Source: Eledone cirrhosa (taxonomy: Eukaryota). From it: a stretch of DNA of 64,000 nt. The notes beneath the pieces are model-generated. The model did not search any database. It had not been told where the DNA came from and was given only the letters and a program-made list of their open reading frames with translations. The DNA is taken from NCBI GenBank assembly GCA_964016885.1, contig OZ024743.1, positions 29,326,001 to 29,390,000 on the forward strand. Reading direction: 5' to 3'. A program made the translations under genes and the position numbers. Positions 1-18,059 of the stretch are shown here, in pieces. Positions within the stretch are counted from its first letter, which is position 1. Each line of letters begins with the position of its first letter.

Positions 1-299
1 GGTATTGCAATAGCCAGGGATTCAAGGGCCCTCAACTCTTCAACAGGCTGCCGAGGCATCTGCGAGACTTGCATGACGTGGAGGTGGATGTCTTTAAGAA
101 ACATCTCGACACCTTGTTATCCCGGATCCCGGATGAGCCCACAGCAAGTCACGAGGGAAACCTAAGGGCAGCAGCAACAAACTCCCTCCTACACCAGTGG
201 CCAACCTATACAGGCTGGATATAAAATGTGTAGCAACAAGGGCGGTGCCCCAGCATGGCCTCAGCCGGATGGCTGAAGCAGGTAAAAGAGTAAAAGAGT
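1..299 (+). mobile_element. 3' end of a CR1-like LINE (ORF2 C-terminus 3-224, short 3' UTR, TAAAAGAG tail)
   Basis: Frame from nt 3 reads [46 protein letters not shown]...[12 protein letters not shown]..., stop TAA 222-224. GPxLFNxLP/FKxxLD/PDEP is typical of CR1-clade C-termini. The 3' UTR GGCGGTGCCCCAGCATGGCCTCAGCCGGATGGCTGAAGC and (TAAAAGAG)2 run into (TA)n. Confidence 0.75.
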
Positions 300-3732
<3,433 letters not shown>

Positions 3733-6675
3733 CTAAGGCGGGTAAAATTCCCGAGATCCATGGACGAGTTCTCTCCAGCGGTCTCTGTCCCTCATTATCG
3801 CTGCCATATCCTGCATCTCCAACAGACCAGTGTCTGTCCTTAGGGCATCAACATATGTTAACCTTGGTCTTCCTCTTCTAGTGTGTCCATGTAGGGGCTC
3901 CCAAAGGAGCACTGAGTGCAATGTCAACTCTGGATGTCGGTGAGCATGTCCAGCCAACCTCAGTCTCCTCTGTGTCACTTTTGAGCTGACTTTTGGGATG
4001 CTCCCATACAGCTCTGAGTTTTTCATCCTCAGTGTATACTGATTAATGTTCAGAGCCATCCTCAGCATTCTCGTGTAGCACCCATCCACCATCTGAGTGA
4101 GTCTCTTGGTCAGTGTCCAAGTCTCAGACCCATACAGCAGCACAGACTCCACTACAGCAATGAAGAGGCGGATTTTCAGGTCTCTACGAAGGTCCGACTT
4201 CCACACCGATCTCAAGCTGTGACACGCCGCCCAGGCCTTGCTCTTCCTCCCAACCACATCATCTTCCGTATTCCCAATCTTTGCTCCCAAATACAGGAAG
4301 TCCTCAACCAATTCCAGCGGCTTCCCGCCTACATTAGTGATCCCCTCTGGCTTCTCAACATTCTCCACCAGATATTTTGTTTTAGTCTCATTCATTCTCA
4401 GCCCCACACTCATCGACACAGTCTCAACCTCCCGCATCAAATCCTCTGCCTCCTTCACTGTATTTGTCACCAAAACTATGTCGTCGGCAAATTCAGCATC
4501 CGATACCTTTTTCGCCCCAACTCTCCTGCTCTGAGCCGGTGCTACAGTAAAGCCAGTGTCCTGGTATTTCTCCAGTGCAAGGCGCATACAATAGTCCACT
4601 ACGATGATAAAAAGGTAGGGAGCCAATGTATCTCCCTGGAGCACTCCAGCCAGTATCTCAAAGAACTCTGTCATCCCATCAGGTGTAATGACTTGGGCTT
4701 TGGTGTTGGTGTAGAGCAGTGATATCAGGTCCACTATCCTCTTGGGGATTCCATAAGCCTGTAAGATCTTCATCAGGCAGTAACGGTCCACAGAATCAAA
4801 GGCCTTCCTAAAGTCAATGAAAACCATGACCGCAGGAAGGCACTTTGCTCTAGCTCCCTCTAATATCCTCCTCAGCATCAGGATGTGACTGGTGGTTGAT
4901 CTACCCTCTCTGAAGCCGTTCTGATTGCCCCTGAGCTTCTTCTCCATCTCAGGCTGGATCCTGTTAAGAATCATCCTGTTGAGGGTCTTTGCCACAAGTG
5001 ACGTCAGTGAGATCCCCCGGTAGTTGTTGGTGTTAGAGAGATCTCCCTTCTTTGGCACTGGGACGATGTTACTGATCCTCCACTGATTCGGGGCAACTCC
5101 TTTCTCCAGTGCCCCGTTACAGAACCCCAGGATGATATCATCAAAATCACACCTCTTCATCACCTCTGATGCCACTCCATCCTCTCCATGAGCCTTGCCC
5201 TCCTTGATCTTCTTCTTGGCTCTCTGAAGCTCCTCTCTGGTGAAGGGCTCTGTCTCAACATCCAGTTCCTCTAACAGCCGCCTGATCTCCCCACTGCTCT
5301 GGGCTGTGGAGGGTGGCTCTCCTAGTAGGGTCCTAAAATGGTCTAGCCATTTCCTCTTCCTATCCTCGGGCCCCGTTCCCTGGATCTGACTCGAACACCT
5401 TTTCTTCCTCCCTGTGATCTCGTTGATGATCATCCAGCTCTCCCTACATCCAGATCTGTCAACCGCTCTCTCCACACTTCTGATCTTCTCTATCAGTGCC
5501 TCCTCTCTGACCTCAGTGTAAGCGGTACAGAGCTCTTCCCTCATCACCTCCACAGTCTCCATCCTCTCCTCCGTAGGATCAGCATAGAATTGGTCCCTGG
5601 CAGCTTTCAGGTGTTCTCTGGCTGCACACACTTTTGGGTTTGCAGAGCTGACGTGCTTCCCTTTGTTCTTTTTTCTCGGCACCAGGGTTTCACTTGCTTT
5701 CGCCACTGCATTGGTGAAGTGCCCGTACCTCCTCGTCACACTCTCCTCAGTCCATCCAATCTCTCTCTCCTCTGACTCTCCACACAGAGCACTAAACCTG
5801 TTTCTCACTTCCACTGTGAACCGCTCCTGTAGCTTATCATCTTCCTTGAAAGCTCCCCAGTCATAGATTGTTCTCCGGGGCTGAGCCTTGCTCTTTCTTA
5901 AGCTCACGCGGACCTCACCCATAACAAGCCGGTGGTCACTACCCAGTGTACTGAAATAGCTGTATGGTTCCGTGTTCAGAACACTATTCCGCCACTTTTT
6001 CCTCACCAGAATGAAATCAATCTGGGACTTGGACAGGTGCATATCTGAGATGTAGGTCCACATCTTCCCCAGATTCTTCCTAAACCTTAGGTTGGTTGCC
6101 ATCAAGTTCGCCTCCAGCAGGGTGTCTCTCAGTAGTCTTCCATTTCGGTTGGTGTTGTTATGGAAGTACCAGCAAGGATCTTCACTGCCCTCCTTACTCA
6201 GATGTGCATTGAAGTCCCCCAAAACAAGCAGGATATTGTGTGCCTGAGTGGTGTTGACAGCCCCACACACCTCCTCATGGAACTCCTCGGCATTCACATC
6301 ACTGTCCCCCTCGGTTGGACTATAGGCTGAGATGACTGTCAGTCTTGGGTTTCCATTGAAGGTCACCCTCAACACTCGCGGGGAGATAGGCATTATTTCC
6401 CTCACCAACAGATTGGTTTTTGCACTGAACACAAAACCCACTCCTCCTACTGCAGCATTTGTTGTGTTCTTCACTGCCGATGTAGTGATGAGCTGGCTCT
6501 TCCTCCCGATCATCACACTCCTCACGGGCTCATCGTGTAGAATCCTGTGTTCTTGGATCGCAAGTATCTGTATACCACTCTCCTCGAACAGATGTCCCAA
6601 CTCCTCTCTCCTCTCCAGCGTCCGAATAGTCCTCACATTCAAAGTGCCCATTTTGATGGCTCTTCTGCAGGACAA
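3733..6675 (-). CDS. RTE-clade non-LTR retrotransposon ORF (APE endonuclease + reverse transcriptase), uninterrupted, 980 aa
   Basis: APE motifs [34 protein letters not shown] motifs [61 protein letters not shown]-terminus [24 protein letters not shown]. First ATG at 6651; the frame is open back to the TA junction (~6688). Confidence 0.95.
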   Translation of the reverse strand: MSCRRAIKMGTLNVRTIRTLERREELGHLFEESGIQILAIQEHRILHDEPVRSVMIGRKSQLITTSAVKNTTNAAVGGVGFVFSAKTNLLVREIMPISPRVLRVTFNGNPRLTVISAYSPTEGDSDVNAEEFHEEVCGAVNTTQAHNILLVLGDFNAHLSKEGSEDPCWYFHNNTNRNGRLLRDTLLEANLMATNLRFRKNLGKMWTYISDMHLSKSQIDFILVRKKWRNSVLNTEPYSYFSTLGSDHRLVMGEVRVSLRKSKAQPRRTIYDWGAFKEDDKLQERFTVEVRNRFSALCGESEEREIGWTEESVTRRYGHFTNAVAKASETLVPRKKNKGKHVSSANPKVCAAREHLKAARDQFYADPTEERMETVEVMREELCTAYTEVREEALIEKIRSVERAVDRSGCRESWMIINEITGRKKRCSSQIQGTGPEDRKRKWLDHFRTLLGEPPSTAQSSGEIRRLLEELDVETEPFTREELQRAKKKIKEGKAHGEDGVASEVMKRCDFDDIILGFCNGALEKGVAPNQWRISNIVPVPKKGDLSNTNNYRGISLTSLVAKTLNRMILNRIQPEMEKKLRGNQNGFREGRSTTSHILMLRRILEGARAKCLPAVMVFIDFRKAFDSVDRYCLMKILQAYGIPKRIVDLISLLYTNTKAQVITPDGMTEFFEILAGVLQGDTLAPYLFIIVVDYCMRLALEKYQDTGFTVAPAQSRRVGAKKVSDAEFADDIVLVTNTVKEAEDLMREVETVSMSVGLRMNETKTKYLVENVEKPEGITNVGGKPLELVEDFLYLGAKIGNTEDDVVGRKSKAWAACHSLRSVWKSDLRRDLKIRLFIAVVESVLLYGSETWTLTKRLTQMVDGCYTRMLRMALNINQYTLRMKNSELYGSIPKVSSKVTQRRLRLAGHAHRHPELTLHSVLLWEPLHGHTRRGRPRLTYVDALRTDTGLLEMQDMAAIMRDRDRWRELVHGSREFYPP

Positions 6676-6688
6676 AACTGCATTCTTC

Positions 6689-9120
<2,432 letters not shown>

Positions 9121-9132
<12 letters not shown>

Positions 9133-12100
9133 GATCGAGTATCGAAAAATCGGCGCACGAGTTCACGATAAACGAGATTCGACATGAGCGGCAGAGGGCT
9201 CAATAATTCAGATGAATCAGAGCTATAACTATCGTTAAAATACCGTCACATATAGAACAAGTCTACAATCAACCATACGATATAAAATCGATAAAGGAAG
9301 ATTCGGGACAAACAGATAAAAAATATCAATAAAACAATACGTCAATAATTTAAATGAATGTAAAATCATACCCGGACCCACTAGACAGGTGTTAAATCTA
9401 GCTTCATGGGTTTCTGTAAATCCTTAGACTGTACTCTATCAGCTCACATATAAATATAAAAGCCTACTAGAGCAAGCTGAACGGAGTTTTACTTTCTCAA
9501 CGAGCTTTTTTCCTGGCGGTAGAGGAGCCAACTACCAGTGAAAAACGCACATGGCATTAGACAAGGGAGATAACCCCTATATCCGCGAAAACAATTCGAG
9601 TGAATGTGGAAATACACATATCGAATTAGAGTGCTCAATAGACATGTTAAAATAAAACAAAAGCTATTCATCACTCAATAGAATCGACAAAAAATGAGCA
9701 ATAAAATTAACTGGTGGATAGCTATGTCCAGAGCTAAATATATTAGAAAGATCGAGTATCGAAAAATCGGCGCACGAGTTCACGATAAACGAGATTCGAC
9801 ATGAGCGGCAGAGGGCTCAATAATTCAGATGAATCAGAGCTATAACTATCGTTAAAATACCGTCACATATAGAACAAGTCTACAATCAACCATACGATAT
9901 AAAATCGATAAAGGAAGATTCGGGACAAACAGATAAAAAATATCAATAAAACAATACGTCAATAATTTAAATGAATGTAAAATCATACCCGGACCCACTA
10001 GACAGGTGTTAAATCTAGCTTCATGGGTTTCTGTAAATCCTTAGACTGTACTCTATCAGCTCACATATAAATATAAAAGCCTACTAGAGCAAGCGGAACG
10101 GAGTTTTACTTTCTCAACGAGCTTTTTTCCTGGCGGTAGAGGAGCCAACTACCAGTGAAAAACGCACATGGCATTAGACAAGGGAGATAACCCCTATATC
10201 CGCGAAAACAATTCGAGTGAATGTGGAAATACACATATCGAATTAGAGTGCTCAATAGACATGTTAAAATAAAACAAAAGCTATTCATCACTCAATAGAA
10301 TCGACAAAAAATGAGCAATAAAATTAACTGGTGGATAGCTATGTCCAGAGCTAAATATATTAGAAAGATCGAGTATCGAAAAATCGGCGCACGAGTTCAC
10401 GATAAACGAGATTCGACATGAGCGGCAGAGGGCTCAATAATTCAGATGAATCAGAGCTATAACTATCGTTAAAATACCGTCACATATAGAACAAGTCTAC
10501 AATCAACCATACGATATAAAATCGATAAAGGAAGATTCGGGACAAACAGATAAAAAATATCAATAAAACAATACGTCAATAATTTAAATGAATGTAAAAT
10601 CATACCCGGACCCACTAGACAGGTGTTAAATCTAGCTTCATGGGTTTCTGTAAATCCTTAGACTGTACTCTATCAGCTCACATATAAATATAAAAGCCTA
10701 CTAGAGCAAGCGGAACGGAGTTTTACTTTCTCAACGAGCTTTTTTCCTGGCGGTAGAGGAGCCAACTACCAGTGAAAAACGCACATGGCATTAGACAAGG
10801 GAGATAACCCCTATATCCGCGAAAACAATTCGAGTGAATGTGGAAATACACATATCGAATTAGAGTGCTCAATAGACATGTTAAAATAAAACAAAAGCTA
10901 TTCATCACTCAATAGAATCGACAAAAAATGAGCAATAAAATTAACTGGTGGATAGCTATGTCCAGAGCTAAATATATTAGAAAGATCGAGTATCGAAAAA
11001 TCGGCGCACGAGTTCACGATAAACGAGATTCGACATGAGCGGCAGAGGGCTCAATAATTCAGATGAATCAGAGCTATAACTATCGTTAAAATACCGTCAC
11101 ATATAGAACAAGTCTACAATCAACCATACGATATAAAATCGATAAAGGAAGATTCGGGACAAACAGATAAAAAATATCAATAAAACAATACGTCAATAAT
11201 TTAAATGAATGTAAAATCATACCCGGACCCACTAGACAGGTGTTAAATCTAGCTTCATGGGTTTCTGTAAATCCTTAGACTGTACTCTATCAGCTCACAT
11301 ATAAATATAAAAGCCTACTAGAGCAAGCTGAACGGAGTTTTACTTTCTCAACGAGCTTTTTTCCTGGCGGTAGAGGAGCCAACTACCAGTGAAAAACGCA
11401 CATGGCATTAGACAAGGGAGATAACCCCTATATCCGCGAAAACAATTCGAGTGAATGTGGAAATACACATATCGAATTAGAGTGCTCAATAGACATGTTA
11501 AAATAAAACAAAAGCTATTCATCACTCAATAGAATCGACAAAAAATGAGCAATAAAATTAACTGGTGGATAGCTATGTCCAGAGCTAAATATATTAGAAA
11601 GATCGAGTATCGAAAAATCGGCGCACGAGTTCACGATAAACGAGATTCGACATGAGCGGCAGAGGGCTCAATAATTCAGATGAATCAGAGCTATAACTAT
11701 CGTTAAAATACCGTCACATATAGAACAAGTCTACAATCAACCATACGATATAAAATCGATAAAGGAAGATTCGGGACAAACAGATAAAAAATATCAATAA
11801 AACAATACGTCAATAATTTAAATGAATGTAAAATCATACCCGGACCCACTAGACAGGTGTTAAATCTAGCTTCATGGGTTTCTGTAAATCCTTAGACTGT
11901 ACTCTATCAGCTCACATATAAATATAAAAGCCTACTAGAGCAAGCGGAACGGAGTTTTACTTTCTCAACGAGCTTTTTTCCTGGCGGTAGAGGAGCCAAC
12001 TACCAGTGAAAAACGCACATGGCATTAGACAAGGGAGATAACCCCTATATCCGCGAAAACAATTCGAGTGAATGTGGAAATACACATATCGAATTAGAGT

Positions 12101-13033
12101 GCTCAATAGACATGTTAAAATAAAACAAAAGCTATTCATCACTCAATAGAATCGACAAAAAATGAGCAATAAAATTAACTGGTGGATAGCTATGTCCAGA
12201 GCTAAATATATTAGAAAGATCGAGTATCGAAAAATCGGCGCACGAGTTCACGATAAACGAGATTCGACATGAGCGGCAGAGGGCTCAATAATTCAGATGA
12301 ATCAGAGCTATAACTATCGTTAAAATACCGTCACATATAGAACAAGTCTACAATCAACCATACGATATAAAATCGATAAAGGAAGATTCGGGACAAACAG
12401 ATAAAAAATATCAATAAAACAATACGTCAATAATTTAAATGAATGTAAAATCATACCCGGACCCACTAGACAGGTGTTAAATCTAGCTTCATGGGTTTCT
12501 GTAAATCCTTAGACTGTACTCTATCAGCTCACATATAAATATAAAAGCCTACTAGAGCAAGCGGAACGGAGTTTTACTTTCTCAACGAGCTTTTTTCCTG
12601 GCGGTAGAGGAGCCAACTACCAGTGAAAAACGCACATGGCATTAGACAAGGGAGATAACCCCTATATCCGCGAAAACAATTCGAGTGAATGTGGAAATAC
12701 ACATATCGAATTAGAGTGCTCAATAGACATGTTAAAATAAAACAAAAGCTATTCATCACTCAATAGAATCGACAAAAAATGAGCAATAAAATTAACTGGT
12801 GGATAGCTATGTCCAGAGCTAAATATATTAGAAAGATCGAGTATCGAAAAATCGGCGCACGAGTTCACGATAAACGAGATTCGACATGAGCGGCAGAGGG
12901 CTCAATAATTCAGATGAATCAGAGCTATAACTATCGTTAAAATACCGTCACATATAGAACAAGTCTACAATCAACCATACGATATAAAATCGATAAAGGA
13001 AGATTCGGGACAAACAGATAAAAAATATCAATA
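9121..13033. repeat. Tandem array of a 617-bp unit, ~6.3 near-identical copies, inserted in (TA)n
   Basis: ATATTAGAAAGATCGAGTATCG recurs at 9123, 9740, 10357, 10974, 11591, 12208 and 12825. The only variant I saw is GCTGAAC vs GCGGAAC. Confidence 0.98.
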
Positions 13034-13091
13034 TATACATATATATATATATATACTATATATATATACATATATATATATACATATATAC

Positions 13092-14663
13092 ATATATATA
13101 TATATAAATATTTGATATCGATGAATATTACTCATCGATATCACTTGAAACTTTGAATAGAGCCATTAAGTTTGCTAAGGATAACTCTGACCTTACAAAC
13201 GATGAAATTAAGATTATATTAGAAGCTAGGAAAACTATAGTCAAATTTGAGAACAGTTATTGGGTACGTAAAGATAGACCCTCTAACTTTGACATAACAA
13301 TGGGCTCTAACGATTCGGCGGAAATAACTGATATTGTGGGGTTATTTATCGCCTTTAGACTCCAGGAAAAATTCAGCAATCTCCACGGCGGAATATACCG
13401 CGACGATGTTCTCCTCCTAGCTAAAAACCTTAATAACCAAAAACTAGAAAAACTACGCAAAGATATAAGAAAACTACTACTCGAAATAGGACTAACTATA
13501 ACATATGAATACAACCTTAAAGTAGTTAACTTCCTGGATGTCACACTCAATTTAAACTCTGGTTTGATTAAACCGTTTCATAAATTGAATGAAAATCTCA
13601 AATACGTAAATGTTGGGTCTAACCACCCCATCTCTATAATTAAATCTATCCCTAAAATATTTCCCTTAGAATCTCGGGTCTATCTTCTAACATACAAGTA
13701 TTTAAGGAACACGCCGAGTACTACGATAACGCCCTTAGTAAAGCAGGCTACCTCAACAAAATAGAGTACATAGATGGGAACAATCAAAACACCCAAAATA
13801 AATCCCACATAAGTAGATATAATAACACAACACCAAACCACACTTACTACCATAGTATGCACACCAGTAAACCAACAAACAAAACTAATAGAAAGCGATG
13901 CAAAGAGTACTTATGGTATAACCCCGAATACAACAGCTCCATTAGTACAAATTTACCAGTACTCTTCTTTAAAATAATTAAAAGACATTTTCCCACATCA
14001 CACAAATACCACAAAATCCTAAACCCTACCACTATAAGACTGTCATACTCTACAGCGTTAAACCTTGAACAACACATAAAAAAGATCAATACTAGAAGGT
14101 TAAACGAAAACACTAAGAACTTAAGTACAAAGAACACAAAAAAAACAGTAGACAATACACTACAGAACATAAATAAACCACACCTAAGTTCGTCCGCAAT
14201 ACTACTCCAGAGAAAACCCAACGTACACAACTGTAACTGCACCTATCCTGACAACTGCCCCCTCGGCAATAACTGCCTGGAAAAAAATATTATTTATAAG
14301 TGTACCATTAAATCCGGAGGCAACGAGTGGTATTACGTGGGATCAACGGCAACATCGTTTAAATCTCGATTGTATAGGCATTCTTACTCAATAAAACACC
14401 AGAGCCAAAGAAATGTAACAACTTTAGCAGAAAAAGCTTGGACGCTCAGGGATAGCGACCAAAAGTTTACCCTAAAATGGGAAAAATTAGCTAAAACCCA
14501 AAGCTTTTCCAGGAGCCAAAATTTCTGCAAATTGTGTAATCTTGAGATTTATTACATAATCACACACAAGAAGAAACTGCTGAATAACAGAATTGAACGA
14601 ACATTATTCTGCCGTCACAGAACTAAAACCCTTTTTTCCCACTACAAGCCGAATATTACATAA
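13092..14663 (+). pseudogene. PLE RT + C-terminal GIY-YIG endonuclease ORF with one frameshift (~13655)
   Basis: FDIDEYYSSI, FDITMGSNDSAE, GIYRDD, VNFLDVTLNL, SNHP; then WYNPEY, CNC..CPLGNNC, IIYKC, YYVGST, FKSRLYRH, CKLC..E, LNNR..CRH. Restoring one A in CCTAAAATATT joins the two ORFs (KNISLRISGLSSN..YYDNALSKAGY). Confidence 0.9.
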
Positions 14664-14775
14664 AAGAGGGACATCCCCCAACTATATAAACCTTAATCTA
14701 GTTAGAAAAATATAAAAACAATCTCTTCTCAACATATATTAATAACCTTAAATTACCATACTAATAATGAAAAGA

Positions 14776-14833
14776 TATGCTGATGAGAATAGGTACAAAT
14801 ATGCGATAATGAATGTGTCTAAAAACGTCCATA
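14776..14833 (+). ncRNA. Degenerate hammerhead ribozyme (GAAA mutated to AAAA)
   Basis: TATG-CTGATGA-gaaTAGGTACA...TGTGTCTA-AAAAC-GTC-CATA: stems I and II pair, but G12 is lost. Confidence 0.45.
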
Positions 14834-14932
14834 AGTATGTATATATATGTGAAAATGTATATAAATAAGTAAATATATATATATGTTTGATGTGTATAGT
14901 TAGATGTAAGTGTATTCATGTACTAAAGTGCT

Positions 14933-14963
<31 letters not shown>

Positions 14964-14988
14964 GTATATGTATATATATGTATATATG

Positions 14989-15021
<33 letters not shown>

Positions 15022-15022
15022 G

Positions 15023-15053
<31 letters not shown>

Positions 15054-15617
15054 GTATGTATATATGTGTATATGGATGTGTAAGTATGTGTATGTGTGTA
15101 CACATGGACTAGAGTATGTATGTATATATGTGTGTGTCTATACGTGTGTATATAAAGATAAGTTGAGTATGAAAATGTATACACATGAGCGCGTATGTAT
15201 GTACATGAATACATGTGCGTATATATATGTGTATGCATGTGTATATATATGTAAGTATGAATATGTGAATTGTGAGTATATGTATTTTGTAGAGGTGTGC
15301 AAATATATTTGTGTGTGAATGCGTGGGTGAAAGGATACGTACACTTGAAAGAAAAATTTAAGTCTGAATGTTAATTAAGTGCAAACACAAAACCAACCAC
15401 GCATATCTTTACTATATCTAATCCTTCTATAGATTTAGAAAAATAACCAATAATATATTCTATAAAAAATGTCAAAACAACAGATGGGAATCTAATTACT
15501 CACTGCCACCAAGAATTCTCACTGCTATCGAAAAACCACTCCTTCAACTATTCTTCTAACAACTTCACCCCTCCCTCCTAATATTCTCTATAAAAACTAA
15601 ATAGGTCCTCAGTAATA

Positions 15618-15734
15618 TTATTCTGATGAAATGACAGTAAATAATAACATTGAAATATTGAATGTCTGCATAACTAAAAGTTTGTAGATAGCTGTTTTAG
15701 GTTATGTAACTGTTATAGAAACACGTGTCAATAA
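15618..15734 (+). ncRNA. Minimal type-I hammerhead ribozyme with long helix II
   Basis: TTATT-CTGATGA(15623)-aATGACAGT...ACTGTTATa-GAAAC(15718)-ACGT-GTC-AATAA; palindromic helix III ACACGTGT. Confidence 0.8.
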
Positions 15735-15919
15735 ATTCCTTTCAACTAAACTGTATCCATTCAAATCTTTCTATTTTTCTCCGGATTACTTTTGGAACTA
15801 CAACTGGAACCGTCGAGCAAACTCTACGTGAGCTGATAATCTACTGTGTGTAATATTTATATTACAACACAACGGAAAATACTGTATATATATATATATA
15901 TATATATATGCATATATAT

Positions 15920-16190
15920 ATAGAAATAGTTCGACTACAGTTAGTTCACCATACTGAGAACAAATGTTTCACCTTATTCGGACCCTCAGCTCGGTCTAAG
16001 TGAAGTTGTGGGGAAAAGGAAAAAACAACCGTACAACTTCATTTAGACCGAGCTGAGGATCCGCACAAGGTGAAACATTTGTTCTCGGTATGGTGAACCA
16101 ACTGTTGTGGATCTACTTCTACCAAACATGTACCATGGATTGAGTGCTCTACTACTACGGATATAACCCTCCAGTGTTATACTATTCTAC
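15920..16190 (+). mobile_element. ~270-bp fold-back non-autonomous element carrying a hammerhead
   Basis: ~15920-16009 is an imperfect inverted copy of ~16033-16120; the flanks are (TA)n and (CA)n/(TA)n. Confidence 0.75.
16047..16089 (+). ncRNA. Minimal type-I hammerhead ribozyme
   Basis: ACCGAG-CTGAGGA-tCCgcacaaGGt-GAAAC-ATTT-GTT-CTCGGT: 6-bp stem I, weak stem II, GUU triplet. Confidence 0.65.
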
Positions 16191-16192
16191 AT

Positions 16193-16246
<54 letters not shown>

Positions 16247-16315
16247 TATGAAGAGAGAAGAAACATTTAGATATAATTAGTAATAAAATGTATCATACCT
16301 AAACTGTTCCTAAAT

Positions 16316-16403
16316 TCCTCGACTACGTAGTTTCGTGGCATAAACAAAAACAATATATCAAAGATATAGAGTCCTTGCGAGGTCTGCCGACTTATCAAGA
16401 GGA
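16316..16403 (-). ncRNA. Hammerhead ribozyme, U3-A8 core variant (inverted copy)
   Basis: Reverse complement of the 17098-17185 motif. Confidence 0.8.
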
Positions 16404-17097
16404 TGCCTCATTTTACTAGTCTCAAGAACGCGTCTACACGACGTGAGAAAGAATCCCAAAAGGCGGAGGGGGAGATAGTCACGCGATATAACGGTCGAGA
16501 AACAGAGCTAAGCCTCTTATAACCACGAAAAAAATACCACGGAGGCGGAGGGGGTATTCATATCGAGGCCGTAGAAGAGGTAGTGAAGAAGGCGAGAAGT
16601 ATGAGTAATGGAAGCTTTCCAGTTGTCCCCACACTTCAAAGATTGCTCGACCAGAGGGAGTTATTAATACATTTAGAAACACACAGATACATGCGGACAC
16701 ACACATATATACATGAATGCATCCGCACCCAATTGTGAGTTAAGGGTGCCAACTTCACCGATGTTGCTCAATGAATGACTGGGACAGACCAATTCAGTTT
16801 GAACCAGACTGAACCAGTATCAGAGTTAAAAATACATTATGAAGAGAGAAGAAACATTTAGATATAATTAGTAATAAAATGTATCATACCTAAACTGTTC
16901 CTAAATTCCTCGACTACGTAGTTTCGTGGCATAAACGACGTGAGAAAGAATCCCAAAAGGCGGAGGGGGAGATAGTCACGCGATATAACGGTCGAGAAAC
17001 AGAGCTAAGCCTCTTATAACCACGAAAAAAATACCACGGAGGCGGAGGGGGTATTCATATCGTGTAGACGCGTTCTTGAGACTAGTAAAATGAGGTA

Positions 17098-17185
17098 TCC
17101 TCTTGATAAGTCGGCAGACCTCGCAAGGACTCTATATCTTTGATATATTGTTTTTGTTTATGCCACGAAACTACGTAGTCGAGGA
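17098..17185 (+). ncRNA. Hammerhead ribozyme, U3-A8 core variant
   Basis: TCCTC-TTGATAA-GTcGGCA...TGCCAC-GAAAC-TACGTA-GTC-GAGGA; 10-nt palindrome ACTACGTAGT in helix III. Confidence 0.8.
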
Positions 17186-17688
17186 ATTTAGGAACAGTTT
17201 AGGTATGATACATTTTATTACTAATTATATCTAAATGTTTCTTCTCTCTTCATAATGTATTTTTAACTCTGATACTGGTTCAGTCTGGTTCAAACTGAAT
17301 TGGTCTGTCCCAGTCATTCATTGAGCAACATCGGTGAAGTTGGCACCCTTAACTCACAATTGGGTGCGGATGCATTCATGTATATATGTGTGTGTCCGCA
17401 TGTATCTGTATGTTTCTAAATGTGTTAATAACTCCCTCTGGTCGAGCAATCTTTGAAGTGTGGGGACAACTGGAAAGCTTCCATTACTCATACTTCTCGC
17501 CTTCTTCACTACCTCTTCTACGGCCTCGATATGAATACCCCCTCCGCCTCCGTGGTATTTTTTTCGTGGTTATAAGAGGCTTAGCTCTGTTTCTCGACCG
17601 TTATATCGCGTGACTATCTCCCCCTCCGCCTTTTGGGATTCTTTCTCACGTCGTGTAGACGCGTTCTTGAGACTAGTAAAATGAGATA

Positions 17689-17776
17689 TCCTCTTGATAA
17701 GTCGGCAGACCTCGCAAGGACTCTATATCTTTGATATATTGTTTTTGTTTATGCCACGAAACTACGTAGTCGAGGA
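17689..17776 (+). ncRNA. Hammerhead ribozyme, U3-A8 core variant (tandem copy)
   Basis: The same motif 591 bp downstream. Confidence 0.8.
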
Positions 17777-18010
17777 ATTTAGGAACAGTTTAGGTATGAT
17801 ACATTTTATTACTAATTATATCTAAATGTTTCTTCTCTCTTCATAATGTATTTTTAACTCTGATACTGGTTCAGTCTGGTTCAAACTGAATTGGTCTGTC
17901 CCAGTCATTCATTGAGCAACATCGGTGAAGTTGGCACCCTTAACTCACAATTGGGTGCGGATGCATTCATGTATATATGTGTGTGTCCGCATGTATCTGT
18001 GTGTTTCTAA

Positions 18011-18059
<49 letters not shown>

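Larger units (their letters stand above)
13089..15886 (+). mobile_element. 5'-truncated Penelope-like element, Naiad type
   Basis: RT + GIY-YIG coding region followed by a ~1.2-kb 3' region with hammerhead motifs; both ends lie in (TA)n. Confidence 0.85.
16243..18014. mobile_element. Head-to-head multimer of a 591-bp hammerhead-carrying unit (retrozyme-like)
   Basis: Minus-strand units span 16243-17060 (the second has a ~95-bp deletion at ~16936). Plus-strand units span 17061-18014 (CGTGTAGACGCG at 17061 and 17652). Both ends lie in (TA)n. Confidence 0.85.

Noticed and set aside
4219-5866. Plus-strand ORFs inside the RTE (likewise antisense ORFs in the other LINEs)
   Set aside because: Shadow frames of the retroelement ORF.
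9489-12759. Six identical 61-aa ORFs
   Set aside because: A by-product of the 617-bp repeat, with no recognisable domain.
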